Source: Balamuthia mandrillaris (taxonomy: Eukaryota). From it: a DNA stretch of 64,000 bases. Below, piece by piece: positions 1 to 12,685 of this stretch (within the stretch, counting starts at the first letter, position 1; the number at the start of each line of letters is the position of its first letter). The notes under the pieces are model-generated. The model was not told the DNA's origin and ran no database searches. It was given only the letters and a program-made list of their open reading frames with translations. Both the position numbers and the translations under genes were made by a program. The DNA lies in the NCBI GenBank assembly GCA_031835245.2, contig JAVKOQ020000013.1:310001-374000 (forward strand), written 5' to 3'.

Positions 1-201
1 GCCGTGAGCTATTTTCATTTCTCGCAGCTGTCGTATGACCTGTTCCTCCTGGTTGGGATGGGGCAGGAAGGGCCGGCCGAAAAGGAACACGGTCAGGGCG
101 AAGAGGCTTGCAAAGATGAATCCTCTGCGAAAGGGGCTCGCTCTCGGCACTTGAAGCCTCCGTCGGGGCTTCTCACTCGCTGGCGGTTGTTGTGTGTTCA
201 T
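1..201 (-). CDS. 5' end of a small hypothetical membrane protein, running off the window start
   Basis: ATG at 201 on the minus strand opens MNTQQPPASEKPRRRLQVPRASPFRRGFIFASLFALTVFLFGRPFLPHPNQEEQVIRQLREMKIAHG with no stop before base 1. It has a basic N-terminus and one hydrophobic segment, and is divergent from the TBC gene across a TGACGTCA/CCAAT-containing gap. Confidence 0.5.
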   Translation of the reverse strand, partial: MNTQQPPASEKPRRRLQVPRASPFRRGFIFASLFALTVFLFGRPFLPHPNQEEQVIRQLREMKIAHG

Positions 202-273
202 GTTCTCTCTTGTGTCACTCTTTCTTTTCTGTTCTTTGAGGAATCTACAGATTGGTCTTTCATCTCGATCAAA

Positions 274-281
274 TGACGTCA
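274..281. promoter_or_regulatory. TGACGTCA (CRE/bZIP-like) palindrome in a divergent promoter
   Basis: Exact TGACGTCA at 274-281, with ATTGG at 251 and TGACGT at ~348, between two divergent start codons (201 and 498). Confidence 0.45.
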
Positions 282-497
282 CTCATTCCATAAACAGCCA
301 AAACTGATGTATATCATGACATAACGAAATGCTTAAAAAAGAAAGTGTGACGTAACGCATTCGTGGAATGTTGAAAATGTGAAGAACGAATGCCTTACAA
401 AAAAACCCTACAAAAAAAAGAAAAGAACACCTGGGACCTAGACCATCATCCACCAAAACTACTTTGGCAGTATCCCCTATCGTTTGAGCATCCAACC

Positions 498-1147
498 ATG
501 TGGGTGAAGCCGAAAGGTGCGTAGTCTTGTCTTTTTCTTTGCCAGTCCTTGTCCTCATCTTGATCCAAGCCAAAAACTTTTCCTCAGCTCCTCCACATAC
601 TTTTCAATTATTTCACTTTTTTCAATATTTAATCCCTCTTTCTTTCTTTCTTTCTTTCTTTTTTTTTTTGGTTTAAATGTGTATTTAAGGCACAAGCGGC
701 CTTCACGTCCTGTGGCGAGTGGTCCGAGAGAACGAGTTCTTCATGCTGCTGGAGCACAAAGGAGCATTGGTGCCGCTCGTCTCCTCCTTCCTGTCTGCCG
801 CGTTGAGCACGCAGCCGCTCCGCTTTCGCATCGTCCTGAAGACCGAGCAGAGCCACGCCGTTGCCGTCTCCGGTTTGTTCTTATTTTTATTTTTATTTTT
901 TATTTTTTTATCTTATTTCTTTTTTTATATTTTATATTTTATATTTTATTATTATGTTTTTGTTTTTGTGCATTTATATGTTTATCATGGTGGTTCTTCT
1001 GACAGATCATATGAACAGAGGATGCGGACGAGATAGAAGGACACTGGAACTGGATCATGAAACATTTGATGCCAAAACTAAGCATGGATAAGGCTGATCG
1101 AGATGACATGTTTAAATACCTTTTGGTTTGTTGTTTTTGCAATTTTT

Positions 1148-1191
<44 letters not shown>

Positions 1192-1419
1192 CTGCAGAGC
1201 AGAGGGCGAAGAGGAGAAGTTTCTCTGCTTCCCTTCTCTCTCCTCTCTTTTCTGTTTTTTGTTTTTAAAACACTGATACATGAACAAACAAAAGGATAAA
1301 CTCAAGAGCAGATGTAAAGAATTAGGGCAGGAGGAATTGCAGCGGCAAAGCAAACTAAAGTCATTCTATCAAAAGTTTCCACACCTCAAAAGCGAAAAGC
1401 TGGTTGCTCGTACGCAATT

Positions 1420-1465
<46 letters not shown>

Positions 1466-2030
1466 CCTCTCCTCATCCTATAGTACAAACTATTAATCGT
1501 GCTATTTTTTTTAAAAAAAATAAGACCGTCATTGTACTCTTTGGAGAGAAGGCTCACTATTAGGTACTCATCGCCATGGAAGCCTTTGGTGCGTATCCTT
1601 TATCTTTCTTTCCTGCTTTATTGTTGTCTGCTTCTTTCAGACAAGTAACAATATCTATCAAAGGTTGTCTGAAAATCATCTTTGCTTTACTTCTGCAATG
1701 ATGAGAGAAAAATTGTCGATTGGGTTCCGCTCTATCGTTGCCATCAAGAAAGAGGCCTCTCATTTTGGAGTATTGGAGAATTCTATCGTCGTTAAAACAA
1801 AAGAAGAAGAGGTAGGTGTTGTTTTCATTGGTTTCTTGCTTTGTTATACTCACATTCTTTTTAAAAAACAAGTACTTTTTCAGTATGTTTACAAATAGAG
1901 ATGAGACCTACGACCTGCTCATCACGTTGTGGAATAGAGCGATGGAGAGCCTCATGAACTCGGGTGCCGTTGCTGCCACAGAGAATGCTTCCCCAACCTC
2001 TCAATCTCGTCGTCAATCCTTCATGGAACC

Positions 2031-2071
<41 letters not shown>

Positions 2072-5000
2072 CTCTTGCTTGCTCTGGAGCACTAACCTGA
2101 TTCTTTTAAGCCACGAGGATGAGCGAGAGAGAATCGTTGCTAGAGCAAAGCATAAAAATATTACATCCATGTTTAGATTGCCGATAACAGAATACCCTCT
2201 TATCGGTACCAAATTCTTTCCTCTCTTTTTCTCTCTTTTCTTCCTTCACTCCTTTCCTCCGTTTTTGTTCTCTCGTCTCAATAATGTTTTGCGGGAATAG
2301 AATACACGTGTTCCTTGTTTTGGGTGGACATCGTAACTGAAGAACAAACCTATGCCACCGGCATTGTTTACCTTTCCAAGAATCTTCTCTACTTTCGTTC
2401 CACAAAAGGACCGGAATTGCGGTTGATACTTCCTTTGACTTATATTGATGGCATTTCCAAGGATAATCCTTTTCGTAGTGCCATCACTGTTATTAGTCAC
2501 GGAGATTCACGATGGGGTTGTCTCGAAGAACCTACCTACCAACAGGTATTTCCTTGTTTTAATTTTTGTGAAAATACTCTGATGTTTAAATTTAAATACA
2601 GCAACAATACCTCTTTTCATTTGTGGGCCATTCTCGCGTGAAAGAGAAGATCAACGCTATTGTCGCTCGTTGGCTGGACTGTCTAGGTGAGAGAGAGACT
2701 CAAGATCAAAGGGAAATCGAAAAGATGAGAGAGAAAGTAGAAGAACTCACAACGTCAACCAACTCTTCTTCTGGCGAAGAAATCCGTTATGGCATAAAAG
2801 CAGAACAACGACAACAACAAGGAGAGGGAGAAGAGGGCACAAAAGAAGAAGAAAGAGGTGGACAGCGAGCATCAGAAACACGACTTGAAAAAGAAAAACA
2901 AAGTGGGCCTCCAACTGTTCGTTTGAGATTGCGGTTAACCAAGTTGTGGACCGAATATCTTCAGAAATATGGGGCTGGACTCTGCATGCTACGCACTCCT
3001 CGTCTTCAAGCCCTCATTCGATGTGGCATTCCTCCTGAAATTCGTGCCAAAAGTACCCTTTTTTTCTTGGCTTGCTTGTCTTCTCTCTTCGTCTTCGTCT
3101 TCGTCTTCATTTTCTTCTTCTTCATTCCTAACCCGTTTATTTTTGTTTTTTGAAAGTGTGGCAGATCAGTTCAGGTTCAGCATACTATGCTCTCTGTCAT
3201 TTGGGTCTCTATCAACAATTGCTTGAAGACAACAAAGGCAAAGAGAGCAATGCAACTGAAGAAATCGAACGGGTACAATACATATATTGTTGTCGTTGTG
3301 ATATATTCTGATTTTAAAACGGAACTCTCTTAGGATCTTCATCGCAGTCTTCCGGATCACCCTTTCTTCCAAACGAAAGAAGGCATTACTGCGTTACGTA
3401 ATGTGCTTACCGCCTATTCTTGGTTTAACCCACAAATTGGCTACTGCCAAGGAATGGTAATTTCTTGCTCTCTCTGCTTCTTGTTTGAAGGCTTTCTGTG
3501 ATGCTTATTTGTTTTTTCATGACGAAATAGAACATAGTTGTGGCCACACTGTTAGACTGGATGAATGAGGAAGAAGTATTCTACCTATTGGTCGTTCTTT
3601 GTGAGCACCTCATTCCACAATACTACAACAAGGCTGTATGCATCACCTCCTCCTTCTCCTTCTCCTTACTCTGCTCCACTCTCATATTATTTTGAATAAC
3701 AAACGAACATATCATATTTAGATGTTAGGTAGTTTAGTAGATCAACAAATTATCGAAGAACTAGTGAAGATGTATCTTCCGGACTGCAATGCTCACCTCA
3801 CTAAGTTGAAGATTCCACTCAGTTTGGTGACGATGCCATGGTTACTCTGCTTGTTCATTGGCAACCTTCCAGAAGAGGTTAGTCATTTCCTGGATTCCTC
3901 TCTATCTTTTTTTTTCTTTCGTTTCTGCACTCTACCGTTCCTCTGTGTTGGACGACTTACCTGCATTGCTTTCTCTTATTTCACAAACAAAAGTGTTCTT
4001 TGAGAGTTCTTGATAGCTTTTTCTTGGAAGGTCCGAACATATTGTTCAGAGTGGCTCTTGCCATTCTAAAGATGAGCGAAGAGGCTATCATGAAAGCGGA
4101 GGGTGGAGATGCTGTCGTTCCAATGCTGAAAGATATTACTAATTGCCCCGACTGCGATGAGCTGTTTGATGTGCGTCATTCTTCTCTTCACCACTTTTCC
4201 TTACTTATCTCACCTTATTTCCTCTTCCCGGCTTCTCTCTCTTTATCTCTGCAGGAATTGGTGTTTGGAGAGTTTGCAGAGCTTCCCACAGCCAAAATAG
4301 AAGAACTCCGGAATGCCAATCGCTACCAAGTCATCAAACAAATGGAGGATCATGGGAAACAAAACCAGCTTCGACTACTACGAGACAAAACTCTGTGTAC
4401 ATTCGCCGTTCTGTTCTTGTTGTCGTTATTGTTGTTTTCTTCTTGCCTTTCTTTTGCTTTTGCTTGTTCTCGTTCTCTTTTCTTTTGCTTGTTCTCCTTG
4501 TTCTTCTTTGCTCAGATTTTGTTCTTATTTATCATTTCAAAACAAAGTCACATCAGCAGAACTGGAAGACATCTATCAGCTCTTCCAACAACATCACATG
4601 ATGGTCGAAACGCCGGTTCTGCTCAACAACGCAGCCACCGGAGAGGCCATCCCTGCCTCTTTCCAGGAGAGCAGTTTGGCGGTAAACAGCGAGGGTTTCT
4701 CCCATCTTTTTAGGGACATTTTGTATTGGTGGAAGGATAGAAGGGACTTGCTTGAGCTTACTTTCCACGTAACTATTATTCTCTTTTTTTAAAAACTGTA
4801 TCTCTATTTCTCTTGGTTGTTTGAGACTCACAAACTTTAATGAGGATAGTTTCTGGATAAAGGAGAAAAGGGCTATATCCACTTTTCTGAGTTTATTATC
4901 GGGCTATCACCATTGCTCAAAGGAGACTTGCGAGCTCAATTACTTTGTACCCCTTTTCTCTCCTCTCCTCTGCTCTGCTCTCCTCTCCTCTCTTAATCAT

Positions 5001-5505
5001 GCCAACGAAACACAATAGTTTGTTTGCAGTTGCACGACTTTAAAAAAGATGGCACTATCAACGTGAGCAACTTGTACAACGCCCTGGATGCATTGAAACG
5101 GTACTTCTGTCTTTCTTGTTGTTTTCATTTTATCACTATCATTAGCACTTTTTCTTTATTCTCTCTTCCGAAGGTAAACTGATAACCCTCTTCAACTGAA
5201 CTAGGATTTATGATTCTCGTCATTCTCCTGAAGAGAGACCACATTCTCCCTCTGCCTCCAGTCATTCAGTTCCATCGGTGGACCTGGATGCCTTTGTCTT
5301 GTTGCTCTTCGAAAAGGCCAAAGCAAAGTCCTCCTTGGAGAGCCTCAAGTTTGAGGACCTTACGGAAATGCTGTTGGATACGCCGTTGCTCAAAGAGTAT
5401 TTGTGCATTGAAGATGAGGAAGACGCAGAAGAAGAAGGCGAAGAGACGGAGGAGGCAGAGGAGGCAGAAGAAGAACTGTCTCCTTCTTCTTTTTCTTTCC
5501 TCTAA
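498..5505 (+). CDS. TBC1D9-like: TBC1D8/TBC1D9-like Rab GTPase-activating protein (two GRAM domains, TBC domain, EF-hand-like region), multi-exon
   Basis: Spliced N-terminus [31 protein letters not shown] resembles the TBC1D8/9 start. GRAM motifs [12 protein letters not shown] and [15 protein letters not shown] motifs [45 protein letters not shown] and [22 protein letters not shown]. Stop at 5503-5505. Confidence 0.88.
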
Positions 5506-5631
5506 GAAGTTTAACTTTGCAGTAAACCAATAAAATAATGAACCAAACTCGACGTTTCACTGCTGTTGCGCTTAATAGGGGGCCATTTAGAATAATTACA
5601 GAAGCAAGGGAAGAGAACAGTGCCAAGGGAG

Positions 5632-5672
<41 letters not shown>

Positions 5673-6528
5673 ACAACTTCTGTGGAAGAGGAAATTCGCC
5701 AATTCTACCAGATATTGCTTTGTAGCGCCGCAGGGTGGACATAAGTATTGAGGGGCCATGTATTTTCCCACAGAGATAAAGAGGAATAGTGTGACGTGTT
5801 ATTTTAGTTTTGTCTACCTTGCGGGCTTACAGATTAAAGCGGCTCAATGCTTTGATCGGTTACTGAAAGTTTCAAATCACCAATCAAAAATCAAAACAGA
5901 GGCTTTATCTTACCATAAAAAGGCCATTTCTGTTGTCTTTTTCTTTGTCTCATCTCTAGCAGAGATCTTTCGCGTCGACAAAAATTCATTGCTCCGCTTT
6001 ACTTACAGATATTGCTTCCTGATTGTCAGCTTCTTTCTTCCATTCTGACAGGCAAATACGGATGGACCATCGAGCACTTCAATGAGTTGCCAAAAAAAAA
6101 ACGAACGAACGAACGAACGAACCTGTTGAGCAGTAGATGCGAGCACAACAAGGAAGTGTCGTGTGCAGAAAAAGTATGACTGTGCCAACGAAGAAAATAA
6201 CAAAGAAGAGTGAAAGAAGAAAATAAGGATAAATAGTTGACGGGAGAGCAGGAAACGAATCCCTTCTATATCGGTGCCCATGACGACATTATTAAAGTTT
6301 TTTTTTGATTTTCTGCTTCGTTTCAGATTTCTTTATATCGATCTGCATTCAATTTTCAGATTGGATTCATACTGGCTTGGATGAACGTGTGTCCATGTGA
6401 AAAACCGTGCTTTTTCCTGCCAGATCCACTGGACGTTCGTCTCCTTTCAGCGAAATTTCTCACCGCTCAGCGACAGAAAAAAAAAAGCAAAAAAAGTAGT
6501 GAGTGAAAACGAAGAACAACGAACGAGG

Positions 6529-7210
6529 ATGCTCTCTTCAACGGCCACCACCACCACCACCATGCGTGCCGCCGGGAGGAGAGTGGCCGCCACGAGTGGG
6601 AGGGTCGTCCCTCGCAACGGCTTCGTGCTGCCCCAAACCGCTGTCTCCGTGCGCCTTTTGCATTCTCCCTCGCCTGCTTCTTCTCCCTTCCATGGAGGCG
6701 GCAGAGAACACTCAGCCGCGCCCGGTGGCAGGAGCCTCTGGCAGAGCAGCCGTCCCTACAGCGCTGCTGCTGCTGCTTCGTATGGTAGCGGTGGTGAGGC
6801 CACAAAGAAAGAGAAGAAGAAGGAGGAGAAGAAACAAAAGCACGAGGACAAAGTGAACGAACAAGAAACCGCTCCCCAACAGAATGAGCAAGAACAGTAA
6901 GCTTCACTCTGCTTCTTATGCTTCTCTTGTTTTAATGCTTCTTTTTTTTTTTGGTTATTCAGTAAAGAGTTAAAAAAACGGATCTTGGCAGCAGCCAAGA
7001 AGCACGTGCCCAAGCTGGGGTGGACCCAGGAGGCCATCGCCGCCGCTGCTGAGGAGGAAGGACTTTCCAGCGCGGCTCATGGCCTCTTCCCACGAGTAAC
7101 TCTCTCCCTCTCCCTCTATCTCTTTCTTTTTCGACTTCCTTCTCTTCATGTAATCTTTTCTTTAGCTGCTCTTTGTTTGTTTTCTCCTTTGTTTGTTTTC
7201 TCCTTTCTTT

Positions 7211-7251
<41 letters not shown>

Positions 7252-8613
7252 CTCTCTCTCCCTCTCGCTCTCTCTCTCCCTCCCTCACTCTCACTCACTC
7301 ACTCTGCTTTCCCCTATCCTTTTCACTTTTCTCTTTTTCCTATCTCTCTCTCTCTCTCTCTCTCTCTCGCTCTCTCTCCCTCTCACCCTCACTCTCCTGA
7401 ACATGCCTATACACTCGCTTGCTTGCTCTCTCCTCTTCTCTTTACTCTCATTTCCCTTCTCGTTCATTGCTAGCGAAGACTAATAACTCTCCGATCCTCT
7501 CCGTTAGGGACCAGTTGAATTGGTTGAAGCTCACTTGGACGACTGCTTGCAACAACTGAAGAACGAAATAACTGAACCAGGAACAGAGGGCACCGCAGAA
7601 GAGAAAAGAACAGAAGCGTTTCGTCGTCTGCGCACCAAAGACAAGATCAAAACCTTGGTTCGAGGCTACCTTGAAAAGAGTCAAGCTCCTTTTAACTCCC
7701 AATGGCCTCAAGCTTTAGCTTTGTTGGCGCAACCGCAGAACGCGCCAATGGCCTGTGGAAGACTCGTTCATTTGATGGACGACATGTGGCATCTTTGTGG
7801 CGATGTGTCTACAGACGTACGTTGTTTCTTGTTCATCTTGTTGTTCTTGCTCCTTGTCTTCTTCTTATTTTTATTGCTTTTAACTTTCATTGTTTATTGC
7901 TTTTTTAACAATGATAATCTTCAGTTCAATTGGTACACGAAACGAGCGATGCTGACGGGCATCTACACTTCCACCCGTACGTTACTTTCTTTTTCGTTTG
8001 TTTTTAGTTTTTCCTCAACTGACGCGCGCATCGTCCTCATGTTTTATGCTATGTAGAATTGTACATGTTAACGGATGCTTCTGAAAACTTTGAGCACACG
8101 TGGTCGTTCTTGGATCGCCGCATAGAAGACATCAACTGGATTTCTCAATACAAAGATCAGGTTCGTACTTCTTTATTCTATTTTTTTCTTGCTTCTTTTT
8201 AGTTCTAGATCCTCTTTCTTCTTTAGTCTTTATTTGTTGTATTTCTAACGCTTTTTTGCAACAGATAAATAGCGCAGCAGCGTCCGCTTTACAGCTATTC
8301 TCATCCTTCGTTGCTCAAACCACTGGTAGAGGAGGCGCAACGAGTCATGGAGGTCCTTCTGCCACGAGTACCGCTTCCTCTCAACCACAGCAACAAGCCC
8401 CCTCCGGTGACAAGAAGGACGAACCTGTGGTATGTTATTCTGCTTTCTTCTTTTCCTATTTTCGGTTCTTTTAAAAGTACTCATAAGATACCACCAAAGA
8501 TCGAAATCCCGGTCGAACAAACTTCTTATCACACCACAAATGAGGATGATTACAAGAAACCTCCTTCCGCGTTCTCTTCTCCTGGAAAGTTTACCTCTCC
8601 TTCCTCTGTATAA
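6529..8613 (+). CDS. COQ9: Ubiquinone biosynthesis protein COQ9, mitochondrial, multi-exon
   Basis: Arg/Ser/Ala-rich presequence, then [81 protein letters not shown] and TWSFLDRRIEDI. The last exon boundary is uncertain. Confidence 0.9.
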
Positions 8614-8923
8614 ATGAAGAATGAGTTATTTTTTTTTTCAAACATTTGTTCTTTTTGGCCCTTTTGTTATTATTATCTTTTTTTTTTCGTTTTTACACAT
8701 TCCTTTTTTTTGTGCAGTGAATATTAGGCCTTATAACTTAGAAGAAAGCCCATTCTTCTTCAACAGAACTGGAGAGAACGACAACAAAGGCAATGGCGTA
8801 TGCTTGCCATCTGGTGGTTTGTTGGTTTGAACGTTTTGTAATGAGACGATTTTGTGTTTGTCTGCAATTTATTCACAACCTGCGGAGAAACCTAAGGTAT
8901 CTACAAAACTTTCAAGGAACGTT

Positions 8924-10285
8924 TTAGTACTTCTTGTGCGCGTGCTTGTCTCCTTTGATTTGCTCTGCTCTTCCAGCAACCATCTCACGCTTATCTCCCA
9001 ATAGGCGGCCCTCCGCTTCCCTGAGAGCACCTTCTCTCTTCTCATCGAGGCCTATCTGCTCCTTGGTCCTGATCCCTGGAATGATGACCTCCTCCTTCAA
9101 CATCATCGGCTCTTGGAGGACGGCAGGCTCCGTTGTGCGATGTACCTCCTCGTAATGCGGCACCTTCTTCGTTTCGGTGTGGTGACGATGGTGCTCGTGC
9201 AGAGGTTCATGATGAAGCGGCTTCTTCTCTTCTACTATCTTCTTCTCGTGGATGATCTCTTTCTCGTGAATTGGGATCGCCTTCGTCTCGCGCACTGGCA
9301 TCGGCTCGGAGAAGTCCTTCGCGTAAATCTTTGGTTCCTGTGCCAAATGCATCGTTTCCAGCCCTGGGTCTCTCTTTGTCGCGCTCAACAGGGCTGGATC
9401 CTGGTCCAGACGCTTGGTCTCGTGAATGACAGGTGCCTCTTCCCTCATCAAGTGCTTCTGTTCATGCACCAGTGGTTCCTTCTTCAAATGCTTCTCCTCA
9501 TGAAGATGTGTCTCCTTCACCAACGGTTCCTTCTTCAAATGCTTCTCTTCATGAAGATGTGTCTCCTTCACCAAAGGTTCCTTCTTTAAGGGCTTCCCTT
9601 CATGGAGATGTTCCTTCTGCAGGTGCTTCTCCTCGTGGAGGAGAGGTTCCTTCTTCAAATGCTTCTCCTCATGAAGAGGCGTCTTCTTCACTGTCGGCTC
9701 CTTCTTTAAGTGTCTCTCCTCATGAAGAAGAGGCTCCTTCTTCAAATGCTTCTCCTCATGAACGAGAGGTCCCTTTGCTAAGTGCTTCTCCTCATGAAGA
9801 AGCGGCTCCTTCGTCGTGTGATGAGCATGCTTTCCCTCATGCAAATGTCTCTCCTGCATAGGTGCCACGACGGCCGTTCCTCCCCTCAACATCTCCTCCG
9901 TCTCCAACGCCCTCTCTCTCCTCCTCAACTCTTCTTTTGGAAGCCCCTCCAACGTACGGTGCTCGTCGTGTCTCAGATGCTCCTTCTCCATCAGCTTCCT
10001 ATCCCCCTTCTCATAATGCTTCTCCGCTTTGGCGATGTGCTCATGCTCGGCTTTCTCCTCCTTCAAGCGATGCTTCTCCGCCTTGTCGAGCTGCTTGTCG
10101 GCCTTGTGGTGGTGCTCCGTGGCCTCCTTGTGGGAGTGCTCGGCGCGTTGGAGGTCCTCCTTGGCCTTGCCGCGCTCCTTCTGCAACTCTCCTTTGGCCT
10201 GAAGCTTCTCGCTGCCGACCAACTTGCCGAGGCCTTTCTTCACGCCTCCCATCGTCTCGTCCCATTTAGATCCGTGTTCAGTCAT
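8924..10285 (-). CDS. Intronless 453-aa hydrophilic protein with N-terminal CsbD/YjbJ-like motif and His/Glu/Lys-rich tandem repeats
   Basis: N-terminus KWDETMGGVKKGLGKLVGSEKLQAKGELQKERGKAK fits the CsbD pattern. Central repeats of (L)HEEKHLKKEPL. TATAAA on the minus strand at ~10381-10386. Confidence 0.78.
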   Translation of the reverse strand: MTEHGSKWDETMGGVKKGLGKLVGSEKLQAKGELQKERGKAKEDLQRAEHSHKEATEHHHKADKQLDKAEKHRLKEEKAEHEHIAKAEKHYEKGDRKLMEKEHLRHDEHRTLEGLPKEELRRRERALETEEMLRGGTAVVAPMQERHLHEGKHAHHTTKEPLLHEEKHLAKGPLVHEEKHLKKEPLLHEERHLKKEPTVKKTPLHEEKHLKKEPLLHEEKHLQKEHLHEGKPLKKEPLVKETHLHEEKHLKKEPLVKETHLHEEKHLKKEPLVHEQKHLMREEAPVIHETKRLDQDPALLSATKRDPGLETMHLAQEPKIYAKDFSEPMPVRETKAIPIHEKEIIHEKKIVEEKKPLHHEPLHEHHRHHTETKKVPHYEEVHRTTEPAVLQEPMMLKEEVIIPGIRTKEQIGLDEKREGALREAEGRLLGDKREMVAGRAEQIKGDKHAHKKY

Positions 10286-10688
10286 TTTGTCTGTGCGCTT
10301 CGCTTCGTTTCGGTTTGGTGTTATTTATGAGTTTTCACGATTGATGAAGAACAGAGATGGGCCAAAAAAAAGGACCTCTTTTTATATTCGATGGCAAAAA
10401 CGAGGAGTGAGCGGATGGATTGTCAAGAGCAACCCAAGAGAAAACTGGCCGATGGGGGGAGGAAACCTGGAAAACAGGAGGAAGAAACGACGGAAAAACA
10501 AAATAAACGTGACGGACGTCACCGCAGCCGATCGAGGAACAAAAAAGTGTTTGGTCTCCACAAGTTGTAACGAGCGTTATTCCGCTCCTAAAGCGCTTAG
10601 GAAATCACTGATGAACGAAGCGACATGGAGCTCACCATTTGATTGGATGAAATAAAGAACAATCTTTTCCAACAAAATATCGATTTTT

Positions 10689-11114
10689 TTAAAAAATTGT
10701 TGCTGAATTATCAGTTTTTGTTTTCTCTTCGGCGGCCTCGTCCTCCTTGACCTGCGCTTTGGTCCTGATGCCGGGCTCCGTGACCACGGTCTCCTTCACC
10801 AATAGCGGTTCTGTGATGGTCTCGCGCACGCGGTCAACCTCCCTAACCACTTGAGGCTCCTCCCTGCTGGGAAAGGTATTGCCTTCTCTCAGCGGGATCC
10901 CTTCTCTCAGCGGCGTTTCTTGAAGAACAGGAGCCTCCTCCCGAGTGAAGGTCTCCTGTTTGCCCCTTTCGGCGCGTTGCTGGTCCTGTTTGGCTTTTCC
11001 GGCCTGCTGCTGGACCTCCCCTTTCTCTTGCAGGGAAGTGCTACCGATGGCCTTGCCGACGCCCTTCTTCAGACCTCCCACCGTCTCATCCCACTTTCCT
11101 CCGTGCTCAGTCAT
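10689..11114 (-). CDS. Intronless 141-aa CsbD-like paralogue of the 8924-10285 gene
   Basis: MTEHGGKWDETVGGLKKGVGKAIGSTSLQEKGEVQQQAGKAKQDQQRAE is closely similar to the neighbour's N-terminus, and PGIRTK(A/E)Q is shared near the C-terminus. TATAAATA on the minus strand at 11194-11201. Confidence 0.8.
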   Translation of the reverse strand: MTEHGGKWDETVGGLKKGVGKAIGSTSLQEKGEVQQQAGKAKQDQQRAERGKQETFTREEAPVLQETPLREGIPLREGNTFPSREEPQVVREVDRVRETITEPLLVKETVVTEPGIRTKAQVKEDEAAEEKTKTDNSATIF

Positions 11115-11481
11115 TGCTGTTGTTGGTGTGGTGTGTTCGTGTGAAGAAAGAAAGAGAGAGAAGAGAGCTAAAGAAAGAAAAGAGAAGGCCGGCTATTTAT
11201 ACTCCCCTCGAACTCTATATTGCCGGTTGAACAGGTTAGGGACACAGTCCAGGGAACCTCGGCGAGGGCAAGTCCACAGAAACTCGAAGGAGGACCAACA
11301 GAAACAACACCGCAAATGTTCATTCATTCCAATATCATCGTTCCAAACTTTTTGCACTGATAATTGTCGATTATTGCACAACCATCAAGAGAACGTGAAA
11401 TATTTACATTTATCCGATCTATTTAGATTATTTACAACATTTGCCGACTGAACAGGAAAAATTCGCAACAATTATTGCGCT

Positions 11482-11964
11482 TCAGACGTTCCTGCCTCCC
11501 CAGCCCTCCACCTTGCCGTGGGGCATGGGCACGTCCGCCGCGCTCAGGCCGGGCGTTTTGGCCTCCCGGGTCTCCGCCTCGTCCTTCAGGCGTCTGGGGT
11601 GAACGGCGGGCATGGTCTGCGGCACCTTGTTGAACCACCAGCCGATGATGAGGACGCCCACCACCGCCACCGACATGGGCATCACGAACTCGTCCCAGTT
11701 GCGGATGTGGGCCTGCACGAAGCTGGCCTTGGTAGCTCTCCATAAGCTGCTGAACCAACCTTGTTTGGGCTTTTTTTAAGTTATTGTTAGTTCATCAAAA
11801 AGTAAAAAGTTGCAGAGACCACTCGAATAGAAAGAAACGCGTACAGCGTGGCTTGCGGTGTCGGCGGCGTAGGTGCGTCGTTGAAGCTGAGTCCATGCGG
11901 TGGTAGTGGCAGGGGTCGGCAGTCTAGCCCCATTGGCCCAAGTTGCAGCGATGCCTCTCCACAT
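11482..11964 (-). CDS. Small (~135 aa) putative mitochondrial single-pass membrane protein, 2 exons (11964-11845, 11769-11482)
   Basis: Presequence-like MWRGIAATWANGARLPTPATTTAWTQLQRRTYAA. A 75-nt GT..AG intron restores the frame. TM segment VMPMSVAVVGVLIIGWWF. GC-rich coding bias. Confidence 0.68.
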
Positions 11965-12355
11965 CTTCTCAAAGCTGGTAAGTGGTAGTCTCGAAAAGTT
12001 AATCTCTCGCTGCGGTATACAAAAGGGTAGCGGGTCTTCTTTGCTTGAAACAAACTTTTAAAAAAAAAAACACTTGCTCTTATGTAGGTTCTTAAATGCT
12101 TTTGCTGCCGCCATCACAGCAACATCCACAACACGTCACGTCATGATGGTCACGTCGTACCACTCCCACAGAGGAGGAGGAGGAGCGGGGTAAAGGTTCT
12201 TTTCGGCCCCAAAATCCTGCTTGCGTTCAGTTTTTTCATTTCCTTCGATTTGCCGTCAAATCGCAGACCGAATTTCGTGTTTGGGTCAACCGTTTTTCGC
12301 TGCCCTTTGCTCCCCTCTTGTCTTGCCCCCTTTGTTTTCTCTGCTACTCTCTCTC

Positions 12356-12394
<39 letters not shown>

Positions 12395-12685
12395 TTCTCT
12401 ACTATTTTTTGTTCTGTCATTATGACCGCCTCTCTCTCTCTCTCTCCTCTCTCTCTCAATGTCTTCCATGTTGGTATTTTAGGATACCAATATGGAAGAC
12501 ACGATGGCACTCTGTGCGGTGATTAGTGCTCGCATTCTTGACAATTTTTTTTGAATCGTAAAGCGCAACGTGCCTTGCTGGCTCGATTGTTTGTGTGGTT
12601 AGCGGCTAAAGAGAGAAAAACGGAGGAGAAAGAGGAAACCGTGATAAAAGACAAATTCTTGGTGCTTGAATTGTTTTTTTCTTAT

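Noticed and set aside
1593..1601. GTATCCTTT, a perfect U12 (minor spliceosome) 5' splice-site sequence in the TBC gene
   Set aside because: Only the upstream GTGCGT donor at 1589 restores the GRAM motif [12 protein letters not shown] in frame, so this is an ordinary U2 intron.
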